A stretch of DNA of 64,000 nucleotides, from NCBI GenBank assembly GCA_963674785.1, contig OY771555.1:1056001-1120000 (forward strand). Reading direction: 5' to 3'. Source of the DNA: Caldisericia bacterium (lineage in GTDB: Bacteria > Caldisericota > Caldisericia > JAAYUI01). The notes under the pieces are model-generated. The model searched no databases. It saw nothing but the letters and a program-made list of their open reading frames with translations, and was not told where the DNA came from. A program made the translations under genes and the position numbers. Shown piece by piece: positions 31,243-40,522 of the stretch (positions are counted from its first letter, which is position 1; every line of letters begins with the position of its first letter).

Positions 31243-32318
31243 ATGAAAGATAATTTTCAAAATGGGAGAAAAAATGTTTTATTTGGAATAATCTTCCTCT
31301 GTTCTTTGGTGCTAATTTCCGGAGTTTTTCTTTCCTGCAAAGTAGACATCCAACCAAAAGAACCCCTTCTAGGTAAAGGTCTTTTCATCTGGCAGCTTTG
31401 GAATTTGCCTGTGAGCACCAACTTTGATACTGCAGTTGAACTGACTTGGGAAAATGATAAAGGTGAAGATGAGGCACATGTTGTTTTGTGTTTTGATTCA
31501 CTCAAGAGGAAGTTGATGCAATCGGGTGTGTCATGGATTGCCGTTAAAATGGGTGACAGCAATTCATTTTGGCTTCGCGATAATGCTTTGATTCCAAGGT
31601 GGCTTGAAAAAAATAATCTTACGTTTGATGATTTTTTGGATGAATTGCATGAGATTGATGTGAAGGTTTTTGGATGGAGTTTCGTTTATGGTGGCTCAAA
31701 GTGGAACTCTGAGCCTAATGAGGTAAAGGTTTGGTTGCAAAAAAGATCATTAATTCCGGTGTTGATGGTTTTATCGTGAATGCTGAAATCCATCTTGAAT
31801 TGATTGGCAACCCTGTTGCTTACACAAGAAATTATTTTACAAGCTTGAAGAATTATTCTCCTGATACCTTCCTGGGGTATACAACATTTGCCCAGACCAT
31901 AAAACATTTGAGATTTCCGTATTCAGAGTTTGCAAAGTATTGCGATGTTTTTATGCCTCAAAACTATTGGGTTGATAGGAATTCAAATTGTGATGAATTT
32001 ATCAGTCCAGAAACCGAAATTGAGGTCTTTTACAAAGAGCTGAAGATGATTGAAAAACTAGGAGTCAGATTCACAAAAACGGGTGTAGTTACCGGTAGTA
32101 TTTCATATGACAATATCATTCCAATTGGTAGTGTCGAATCTGAGCTTTGCAAGCTTGAAGATAGCAAACGCGGCAAGCATATTGAATTATCAGAGATAAA
32201 TGAGTTTTGGCGGGTATCAAAAAATCATTTTCCTTCGGGATTTTCATTGTGGTCAGCAGATTGGATGAACAATGGCGATTGGAATGCTTTTGGTGAAATG
32301 GAAGTAAATCCAAAATAA
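31243..32318 (+). pseudogene. frameshifted lipoprotein with glycoside-hydrolase-like (TIM-barrel) domain
   Basis: Lipobox FLSC; WIAVK...VFGW in ORF1 and GVDGFIVNAE...FPYSEF...MPQNYW in ORF2; frame change at 31728-31736. Confidence 0.7.
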
Positions 32319-32319
32319 A

Positions 32320-33045
32320 ATGAGTAACGATGATAAACCAATAGCACTTGATGGATATAATAAGATGGCAAAGCTCTTTCACGAGCAAGCAGACACAAAA
32401 CCACATAATGCTTATTATGAGAGACCTGCAACACTATCACTATTGCCAGATGTGAATGGTTTATCAGTTCTCGATGCAGCTTGTGGTCCCGGTTGGTATT
32501 CAAAATGGTTGATTGACCATGGTGCAAAAGTCACAAGTCTAGATGCAAGCCCAGAAATGATAAAATATGCGAAGGATAGATTGAGTGGTCACGAATCTTC
32601 GATTATTTGTGCTGACTTAGATAAAGAGCTTCCCTTTAGTGAGGGAACATTTGATATCGTTCTCCTGCCACTTGCAATATCATATCTGAAAGATTTGGAT
32701 TCTACTTTGGCGGAGTTTAACAGGATACTGAAAAAGTCCGGTTTATTCATTTTTTCAGACGGGCATCCATTCTTTGATTTTAATCATAGAAGCTCAAAAT
32801 CTGACAACTATTTTGGTAGTGAACTTATTAAAATCACATGGCAGGGGTTTGGAGTTCCTATTGAGATACCATTTTTTCGAAGACCATTATCAAAAGTGAC
32901 TGACGCTCTTTGGGGGAATGGATTTATAATTGAGAGAATATTAGAACCAAAACCAACAAAAGATTTCAAAAAAGCTGATCCAGAAGGTTATGAAAAGTTA
33001 ATGAAATTTCCCGGATTCATTTGTTTCAGATGCAAAAAAGTCTAA
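32320..33045 (+). CDS. class I SAM-dependent methyltransferase
   Basis: YYERPA, VLDAACGPG, EFNRILKKSG. Confidence 0.92.
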   Translation: MSNDDKPIALDGYNKMAKLFHEQADTKPHNAYYERPATLSLLPDVNGLSVLDAACGPGWYSKWLIDHGAKVTSLDASPEMIKYAKDRLSGHESSIICADLDKELPFSEGTFDIVLLPLAISYLKDLDSTLAEFNRILKKSGLFIFSDGHPFFDFNHRSSKSDNYFGSELIKITWQGFGVPIEIPFFRRPLSKVTDALWGNGFIIERILEPKPTKDFKKADPEGYEKLMKFPGFICFRCKKV

Positions 33046-33111
33046 TCATTTGACTATTTTGCTGTATTCTATTATCATATAGATGTCCGATCTCCTCGTG
33101 CTTGATTTAAC

Positions 33112-33164
33112 TTGACAAAAAAAATTTGTAAAGTACTATAATAGCAAATACCCCAGGGGGGTAT
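33112..33164 (+). promoter_or_regulatory. promoter followed by CsoR/CstR-type operator
   Basis: TTGACA at 33112; TACTAT/TATAAT at 33134-33142; ATACCCCAGGGGGGTAT at 33148-33164 just before the RBS. Confidence 0.75.
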
Positions 33165-33179
33165 AGATAGGAGAAGAAA

Positions 33180-33659
33180 ATGACTGAAAAAGCGACGATA
33201 GTGTTGTTCTCAGGTGAGTTAGATAAGGCGATGGCTGCATTTATTATTGCAACCGGTATGGCTGCGCAAGGTATGGATGTCACAATTTTTTTCACTTTCT
33301 GGGGTTTGAATGTCATCAAAAAAGACAAAGGTAAAATTGTGGGTGCAAAAAACTGGATGCAAAAAATGTTTTCAAAGTTAAATCGAGGTGGAGTTTCCAG
33401 GTTGCCACTTTCAAAATTTAATATGGGTGGTATGGGTAAATCGATGCTCCAAAAGATCATGAAGAAAGAAAAAGTATCCTCTCTACCAGCATTGATGGAA
33501 ATGGCACAAGACCTTGATGTTAAGTTTTGGCCTTGCAAAATGAGCATGGATGTGATGGGGATTGCAAAAGAAGATTTGATTGATGGTGTTGAAAAAGTAG
33601 TTGGTGTTGCTGCATATGCAGCGGAAGCTGCGAATGCGAAAGTGAATCTATTTATATAA
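33180..33659 (+). CDS. DsrE/DsrF/DrsH-like (DsrE2-type) sulfur carrier
   Basis: FSGELDKA, FFTFWGL, PCKMSMDVMG. Confidence 0.92.
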   Translation: MTEKATIVLFSGELDKAMAAFIIATGMAAQGMDVTIFFTFWGLNVIKKDKGKIVGAKNWMQKMFSKLNRGGVSRLPLSKFNMGGMGKSMLQKIMKKEKVSSLPALMEMAQDLDVKFWPCKMSMDVMGIAKEDLIDGVEKVVGVAAYAAEAANAKVNLFI

Positions 33660-33685
33660 AAAAGATTTGAAAAGGAGAAACGATT

Positions 33686-33913
33686 ATGGATTTTGATGTT
33701 GAATTAGATACATTAGGGCTTCAGTGTCCAGTGCCAATTGTAAAAACAGCAAAGAAAATGAAAGAACTGGAGTCTGGTCAGGTTTTAAAGGTCATCTCCG
33801 ATGATGAGGGTATCCAGGAAGACATGCCGGCATGGGCAAGCTCAACAGGCAATGAATTCCTGGGGATAGAAGAAGTAGACGGGGCATACCACGTCTATGT
33901 AAAGAAAGCGTAA
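33686..33913 (+). CDS. tusA: TusA-family sulfurtransferase
   Basis: LDTLGLQCPVP; 75 aa. Confidence 0.93.
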   Translation: MDFDVELDTLGLQCPVPIVKTAKKMKELESGQVLKVISDDEGIQEDMPAWASSTGNEFLGIEEVDGAYHVYVKKA

Positions 33914-33918
33914 TTCTC

Positions 33919-34269
33919 ATGAAAATTGGTTTTCTTGTTCTTATGACTCCATATACATACCAGAATATGGACACTGCTCTCTCTCTTATTGAGGCTTCAC
34001 TTGATAAGGGTCATGAGTGCCAGCTTTATCTCTATATGGATGGTGTCATTGCTACATCTGGTCTCATCAAACCAGGAAACGACAGATCGATTCCGGATCG
34101 AATCCAGAAAGTGATTGAGCGTGGGGTAAAGGTTATTCCTTGTAGTGTTTGTTGTAACTACAGAGGAATTCCAAAATCTGGAACTGCAGAGAATATCAAG
34201 CAAGCAGGACTTGCAGCACTTGGTCGAATGGTTGACGAATACGATCGAGTCATCACACTGGGGGCGTAA
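33919..34269 (+). CDS. DsrE/TusD-like sulfur relay subunit
   Basis: TPY, LYMDGV, CSVCCNYRG. Confidence 0.85.
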   Translation: MKIGFLVLMTPYTYQNMDTALSLIEASLDKGHECQLYLYMDGVIATSGLIKPGNDRSIPDRIQKVIERGVKVIPCSVCCNYRGIPKSGTAENIKQAGLAALGRMVDEYDRVITLGA

Positions 34270-34271
34270 CC

Positions 34272-34628
34272 ATGGCTAAAAAAGTAGCGATTGTTGTATC
34301 AAAACCACCATATGGAACAGCCTTCATGGGTGAGGGCTTCAGGGCGGCTATGGGGCTTCCTGCGGTTGGACTCGAAACAAATGTAATTCTTGAGGGTGAT
34401 GCGGTTTTTGCGCTCATCAAAAAAGCTGATCCAAAATCAAGTCTTGATATGGAAAGCTTAGCTGATGCTTTCGCAGCCTTTGAAGATTTTGGTTTCAACC
34501 TTTATGTCCATGGTCCATCTGTCAGGGCAAGGGGTCTTAAGTGTGAAGAGCTTATAGCTTGTCAGCCACTTGAAGATTACGAATTCAAGACGATGCTTCG
34601 TGATCAAGATACGATATTGAGGTTTTAG
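34272..34628 (+). CDS. DsrF/TusC-like sulfur relay subunit
   Basis: KPPYGT...EG, GDAVF, SVRARGL, ends in LRF. Confidence 0.85.
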   Translation: MAKKVAIVVSKPPYGTAFMGEGFRAAMGLPAVGLETNVILEGDAVFALIKKADPKSSLDMESLADAFAAFEDFGFNLYVHGPSVRARGLKCEELIACQPLEDYEFKTMLRDQDTILRF

Positions 34629-34632
34629 TAAT

Positions 34633-34944
34633 ATGTATAAGCCAAGAAAAAAAATGTTGATAATGCTTCTTAAATCTCCGTGGGCATGTGACCTTGAGAC
34701 TCTAAGAGTCCAAAATGCTCTTCCTGGTGATGCAATTGTTCTAACTCAAGATTCAGTATTGGGAGTCACAAATCCACCAGAAAAGTTTAAAAAAATAATT
34801 GAAGAAAAAATTAGTGAAGGTGTGAATGTTTATGCGTCAAAGGCAGATTGCGTAGCTCGTGGAATCACTCCGATTGAAGGAGTTACCATGATTGATTATC
34901 CTGAGATTGTCGACATCATCTGCGAGTGTGATCTGTCGTATTGA
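34633..34944 (+). CDS. DsrH/TusB-like sulfur relay subunit
   Basis: KSP, DAIVLTQDSV, DCVARGI, IDY. Confidence 0.85.
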   Translation: MYKPRKKMLIMLLKSPWACDLETLRVQNALPGDAIVLTQDSVLGVTNPPEKFKKIIEEKISEGVNVYASKADCVARGITPIEGVTMIDYPEIVDIICECDLSY

Positions 34945-34978
34945 TTTGAATATTTCAGTTTGTTTTCTATATTCCATA

Positions 34979-35011
34979 ACAAAACCCCCAGGATATTCCT
35001 GGGGGTTTTGT
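34979..35011. terminator. bidirectional intrinsic terminator between convergent genes
   Basis: ACAAAACCCCCAGGA-TAT-TCCTGGGGGTTTTGT. Confidence 0.88.
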
Positions 35012-35033
35012 ATTTGATTTGGAAATATAACTG

Positions 35034-35891
35034 TTACCAATCGAGGTTTTTCTTCTCATTCTCTGGAAGGATCGGGTTTTCTTTTCCTTCGATTTCTGCA
35101 AGCAACTCTGTAGCGTGCATGTAGAGTGGATAATCGATGAATGTGTTGAAGAGCATTGTGATATAGAGATTTAGGATAAGCATTACATAGAAATTCATTC
35201 CTGTAAGCTGAAGTAAGAATGTAACAATTGCCTGAAGGATTACAAAACCAAGGAGAGGACCATATACGAGTTTTACTTTTTTGAATGACTCACCAATTGT
35301 CGCGGTAATTGGGGTATCGGTAAGAATTGCTTCGTTGAGCATAAACATAAAGAAGACTATTATAAACAACATTCCTATTGCAATAATAAGTGCAAAGAAA
35401 TATGTGGCAATAAGATTTCCATCCATCATTGCATTTACCATTAATGAACCAAATATTAAACCAAGGATAGCTCCTGCAACGAGTGCGACCACAAAAACTA
35501 TGACAACCTGAAGAAGGTTTGCTCCAAGAGCCCTGCCGAATTTTGCAGCTGCGCCATTGAAAAATATCGTGTACGGACTTTCGTTACTGTTTCTTGTGTT
35601 GATGTAGGTATAGTAACCTGCCATTACATATGACTGGACAACAACCGAAAACAGCATCAGGAGTAGTGACATTCCGATAATGGTTCCAGCTGAATCTGCA
35701 TAGGAAATTCCACCGCCACCTTGAAATAACCCGTAAGAGTTTGGCATTGGGATTCCTGCTGTTGTTCCGCTGATAAGTGCGATAATAATCCCAGGAAGCA
35801 TCATAAGTCCAATTGCAATGTGGTTAATCAGAATAAATGCACTTGGATTGCTGTTAAAAATCTACATAACGTTGTTTATATGTTTTCTCAT
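35034..35891 (-). CDS. polytopic membrane protein; probable N-terminus interrupted by in-frame TAG at 35864-35862
   Basis: ORF 35034-35804 extends in frame to ATG 35891: MRKHINNVM*IFNSNPSAFILINHIAIGLMMLPG. Confidence 0.65.
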
Positions 35892-36062
35892 GTTTGATAA
35901 TTGTAGTATCAGCTTGTTTATTGTCAAACTTTAAGACTCCCGAGAAAAACACTTTTCTGAAGGCAGAAAATCTTTTCTATTTGGATTGTTTTTAAAGATA
36001 ATTTCTCGAAAAAACCGCTATGAATATATTGAACATCACATTTATTCAATTAGAATGTAATC

Positions 36063-37877
36063 ATGAGAAAATTCGTGTGTTTGGGTCTTGTTCTTGTTTT
36101 TATGTTTGTCGGAGTAAACTCCTCTATGCTTTTTTCCGCATCAGCCTTTGGTTGGTCTCAACCGTGGCCTGATGCAAGAGGTAACGCTCACATGGATGTT
36201 GTTCTGCCTTCGGGTGAACCACAAATAGCATGGAGTCAAGAAATAAAAGACACGACAGCCCCGATTGTATCTGGTGATGAATTGTATTTTGGTGCAGGAT
36301 CTCAAGCTGTTTGCATGGATCTTTTGACAGGGGATAAAAAATGGGTAACTCCTGTTCCTGGCAAGATCCTTGCCTCTCCAGTTTTTACAGCAGGAAGACT
36401 AATTTTTTGTGATGAACTGGGTTCAGTTGTTTCAATTGATATGAAAACAGGACAGATAATGGATAAATTTGGTGCCGGTGCAAGGATAGAAACACCTCCG
36501 GTAGTCATTAAGGGTGGAGCGGGTGATGTGCTTGTTGCATGTACATCTGGATACCTTCACAGATTGTCACCTGATCTGAGGGAACAATACAAGGTGAATA
36601 TGAACTCAGCTCTTAAGGTTTCTCCAATAATTACGAGCCAGGGAATTATCCAGCTTGGGGCAAACGGTAAACTTGCATATATCGACCCAGAAACAGGGAA
36701 AATCCAAAAAAGCGAGGTGACAGTCATTCAGGATGGTGCTCTTCAGCCTTGCCAGAATAACGGTCTGATAAATCTCATCAAAGATTCAAAACTCATAAGA
36801 AAGATGAGCAGTCAGGATTTCGAAGTTGACTTGAAATCAACTGCCAGCATTCAAACATCACTTACATCTGGAGAGCTTTTGGTTGGTATCAGTAACGGAT
36901 TGGTGCTTGTTGACAGCACCGAGATCAAATGGAAGGTCGACACAAAAGAAGCAGTGACTGCAATCTCCACAAATGATTCAATCGCTTTTTTTGGTACAAA
37001 TGATGGTGAGCATGGAGCAGTTGAAATTGCAACAGGAAAGGTGCTTTGGAAAGATTACACTGCAGGAAAAGTAAGACATCCAATAGTACTACTTCAATCT
37101 GGTATCTTGATGTCAACAGGGCATGGAATCAGTTACAGGCAGCTCTGGAGTCTTTCACCTGAACCAGATGAAATAGATTTTGGGCATGTCCCAACTGGAG
37201 AAACCCACCAAAAAACATTCCAGATGGAAAACCCATCTGATTCACCAGGAACAGTGAAAGTGGTTGCAAGGTCTGAGAGCGACTTGATAACAGTTGAGCC
37301 TGCTGAAGTTGACATTGCCCCAGGTGAAACAGCAACATTCACAATTTATCTTGAGAGCAAAGGTATCAAAGAAGGCAGGTTTTACACAAGTGTTGTGCTT
37401 GAAACCCCAACTTCCTCATATCATGTGAGCATTTCGTACTACATTGTTCCTCAACCGTTTGTTGCAAATATCCAGATTGGAAATGAGGTTATGAAGATGG
37501 ACAGGGGTACTGCAAGCTGGGACGTCACTCTAGACCATCCGCCATATATCAAAAACGACAGGACGATGGTTCCTCTTCGCGCAATCTCTGAGTCATTTGG
37601 CCCCCGAGTTGAATATGTTCAGGGAGGCTGCAGCAATGGAAAAAACCAGGTCATAATAACACTTGGTGATACAATCATTCATCATTGTATCGGAGAGAAT
37701 ACTCTGCAGATGAGTGTTGCTGGTTCTGTGATGACTACCCTCACGTTTGACACAGCGTCAGAAATAAAAAACGACAGAACATTTGTGCCAATCAGGTTTA
37801 TTGCTGAAGCCTTCCAAGCAGAGGTCGGCTGGATTGCGGAGACAAAGACTGTAACGATTACTTATCATGAGAGGTAA
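36063..37877 (+). CDS. PQQ beta-propeller + Ig-like + stalk domain surface protein
   Basis: Signal peptide; WPDARGN; TGDKKW; IDFGHV; RTMVPLR and RTFVPIRFIAE. Confidence 0.88.
   Translation: MRKFVCLGLVLVFMFVGVNSSMLFSASAFGWSQPWPDARGNAHMDVVLPSGEPQIAWSQEIKDTTAPIVSGDELYFGAGSQAVCMDLLTGDKKWVTPVPGKILASPVFTAGRLIFCDELGSVVSIDMKTGQIMDKFGAGARIETPPVVIKGGAGDVLVACTSGYLHRLSPDLREQYKVNMNSALKVSPIITSQGIIQLGANGKLAYIDPETGKIQKSEVTVIQDGALQPCQNNGLINLIKDSKLIRKMSSQDFEVDLKSTASIQTSLTSGELLVGISNGLVLVDSTEIKWKVDTKEAVTAISTNDSIAFFGTNDGEHGAVEIATGKVLWKDYTAGKVRHPIVLLQSGILMSTGHGISYRQLWSLSPEPDEIDFGHVPTGETHQKTFQMENPSDSPGTVKVVARSESDLITVEPAEVDIAPGETATFTIYLESKGIKEGRFYTSVVLETPTSSYHVSISYYIVPQPFVANIQIGNEVMKMDRGTASWDVTLDHPPYIKNDRTMVPLRAISESFGPRVEYVQGGCSNGKNQVIITLGDTIIHHCIGENTLQMSVAGSVMTTLTFDTASEIKNDRTFVPIRFIAEAFQAEVGWIAETKTVTITYHER
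37830..37877 (+). repeat. exact 48-bp direct repeat, copy 1
   Basis: TGGATTGCGGAGACAAAGACTGTAACGATTACTTATCATGAGAGGTAA; identical at 39453-39500. Confidence 0.95.
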
Positions 37878-37895
37878 TGAGAATAGGGAGGGTTA

Positions 37896-39500
37896 ATGAA
37901 AAAAATCATCGTGATTATTATTTTGCTGTTGCTTATTATTTTGCCATTTAACCAGCTTTGTTTCAGCCAGGAAGTTGAAAGCAGTTGTAGAAGTTGGTCT
38001 GCAGGAGAGTTTAAGCATTACATTGGGAGCAACAACGGGATTTCCTTGTTTGCTGAATTTGAAAATGAGATGTATCCATTCGAGGGTGATATCAGTATAA
38101 TGGCTTTTATCTCGTCAAATGGATTCAAAATATGGGATAGCCCCATTGTTTTTCAAAACTATCAGTTTTCACATATCCAAACCATATTCGTTGTCCAAAA
38201 CAAGCTAATCATTTTTGACGACAAGAGTGCTAATTCTGATTTTAGGAAAGAAGCATCTTTGACGTGTTATGATTTATCCAAAAAAAATCTTTGGGAAAAG
38301 AAATTTTATAGTGCTGAAAACAAACCTGAAAAGATACAGCTTGTTGGAGAGAAATTATATGTAGTAACAGAAAAACCTGAGTTTCTCATTTTTGACATAA
38401 ATTCAGGGAAAATTGAATCAGAAATTGATGTATCCGAATATGGTAGCTATTTTGGCAATTATACTGTGATGACAGTGTTAGATGACTTTGTTATAATACG
38501 AGGCTCATTTACCTCATGTTATCAGATTTACGATGGTGAAATCGAGTTTCTTTGGGATACTCAGTATTTACTCGGAGAGCATCATGTTAGAAACCAAATA
38601 ACATATTTTCCAGATCCAATACTACTAGATGGTAATTTACTCGTATGTGATAATGATATTGAGATTTCTTACAACACAAACTTTTACCTCCTGGATATTT
38701 CAACAGGAAAACCCATTTGGGAAAGAGAATACACCCCTGATATATACAAAGTTATTGATGGTCAGTTAGTTGTTCTCGAATCTACCTATGGTAGTGATCT
38801 TTTATTAAGGAGAATTTCGATAGAAGATGGCAAAGAAACAGGTGTCCTGTTTTCATGTGAAAGACTCAATTATCCACGTTTTATTATCGATAAGGATAAG
38901 TACTTGATTACAGGGTACAATGACGATTATAATGAATTTATTGTTCATGAAATCGAGAAAGATTTCTCTGAATCAAAAACATCAACAATCAAAGAACAGT
39001 CATCTGAAATATTCACTTTTTTTGATTATCTCCATAGTTATTATGAAGGTCGAATAATAATTTCTGGGAACGTCATGCCCCTAGAAAGTTGTTCTTCATC
39101 CTATCAAGTTTTGAATTATAAAATAGATTCAACAGAAATGAGATACAACGGAGTCCTGACCCCAATAATGGACGTCTCTCCTGTAATACAAAATAGTCGC
39201 ACCCTTCTCCCAGCGCGCTTTGTAACAGAACCTCTTGGGGGTTTTGTTACTTGGGATGGTAATGAGAAAAAGGTTGTTTGTACCCTCTCTGACAAAACAG
39301 TTGAATTCTGGATAGATAAACCCACAGCCAAAGTGAATGGTCAAGAAGTCCAAATAGACCCAGACAACCCAGATGTGGTACCAACCATCATCAATGACAG
39401 AACAATGGTGCCAATGAGATTCCTTGCAGAAAGCCTGGGTTGTGAAGTTGAATGGATTGCGGAGACAAAGACTGTAACGATTACTTATCATGAGAGGTAA
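37896..39500 (+). CDS. PQQ beta-propeller + stalk domain surface protein
   Basis: Signal peptide; STGKPIWE; RTLLPARFVTEPLGG...DPDNPDVVPTIINDRTMVPMRFLAE. Confidence 0.88.
   Translation: MKKIIVIIILLLLIILPFNQLCFSQEVESSCRSWSAGEFKHYIGSNNGISLFAEFENEMYPFEGDISIMAFISSNGFKIWDSPIVFQNYQFSHIQTIFVVQNKLIIFDDKSANSDFRKEASLTCYDLSKKNLWEKKFYSAENKPEKIQLVGEKLYVVTEKPEFLIFDINSGKIESEIDVSEYGSYFGNYTVMTVLDDFVIIRGSFTSCYQIYDGEIEFLWDTQYLLGEHHVRNQITYFPDPILLDGNLLVCDNDIEISYNTNFYLLDISTGKPIWEREYTPDIYKVIDGQLVVLESTYGSDLLLRRISIEDGKETGVLFSCERLNYPRFIIDKDKYLITGYNDDYNEFIVHEIEKDFSESKTSTIKEQSSEIFTFFDYLHSYYEGRIIISGNVMPLESCSSSYQVLNYKIDSTEMRYNGVLTPIMDVSPVIQNSRTLLPARFVTEPLGGFVTWDGNEKKVVCTLSDKTVEFWIDKPTAKVNGQEVQIDPDNPDVVPTIINDRTMVPMRFLAESLGCEVEWIAETKTVTITYHER
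39453..39500 (+). repeat. exact 48-bp direct repeat, copy 2
   Basis: Identical to 37830-37877; contains the ATG (39490) of the next gene. Confidence 0.95.
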
Positions 39501-40416
39501 GAACCTCATCGGTTTATGCCTAACATTGTTGCTGGTATCGAGTTTCCTTTTTGTAAATTTGATATACTCAAAAGAAATCTCACAATGTAACGATATTGTG
39601 TTTTCAAACCCTGCTGATGGGGCAGAGATAATAATACCCAATATTGAAACCTGGAAACTGAAATACATAATCTCTGATAAGGTGTTAGATGCGGTTGTTG
39701 TGCTGGCCAGAGAAAACAGGAAGATACCTTCAAGCTACAATAATACTGATGATTGTGCCAGAGAGTATGTTCGACAAAATCTTGTTTTTGCAACCTGGGG
39801 CAAAGATTGTGATGGCAACATCTGGATTCAAAGTTACAGGCTGGGTAACGGGCTGGTGCAAATAATCTGGGGACCAGATAGTCCTCATGAAGAGCTGATT
39901 GGGAAGAAATATCTTCCTGAACAGATATTAACTGAATCTGATGGGTCTAAACAGCATTATTTTTTTGGAGATACATGACTTTTTGATTGCTGGACTGGAG
40001 GTTCAGACAATGGCAGAATCCCAAATACCTGCAAAGAAATGGGAACGTATAATACCACGGGTGAAAGAATAGAATTATTTCTGACAACAAGCGATAATGA
40101 CTATGTGGGAAGAGGAGTTTTTTCATTAGAGATTGCTCCGGGTATTAATAATTATCAAAATGATTATATATTGGGGGCAAACAAAAAAAGAGGTTTTGCA
40201 TTCATTGGCACATCAGAAACAAATGGGACGGGTGGAAATTCCCTTTTTTCTGCTGGCACGATGCATGTTTCTGGGGGAGTGGTTTGGGGACAAGGTTTGA
40301 CAGGCAGTGTTGGTAAATATAAAAGCAAAACACTGTACACAAACAAATTAGAAAGAGATATTTGGTTTGGACTATTTTGGCTTAAATTCATGTGGATATT
40401 GCCTTTGTTGCCATAA
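39490..40416 (+). pseudogene. exported hypothetical protein interrupted by in-frame TGA at 39976-39978
   Basis: ORFs 39490-39978 and 40039-40416 share a frame and are otherwise open: HYFFGDT*LFDCWTGGSDNGRIPNTCKEMG. Confidence 0.7.
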
Positions 40417-40522
40417 GTTATTTTGAAAATGAATCAAGATAGTGACAAATCGTTTATTTTTTCCGAGGTCTGCTGTACAATATGAAAGATATGAGGAGAA
40501 TAGTTACAATATGGGAGAAAAA

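Noticed and set aside
33180-34944. Evidence for dissimilatory sulfur oxidation or reduction (Dsr pathway)
   Set aside because: DsrEFH/TusA-like carriers alone are not diagnostic; no dsrAB, dsrC or dsrMKJOP is in the window.
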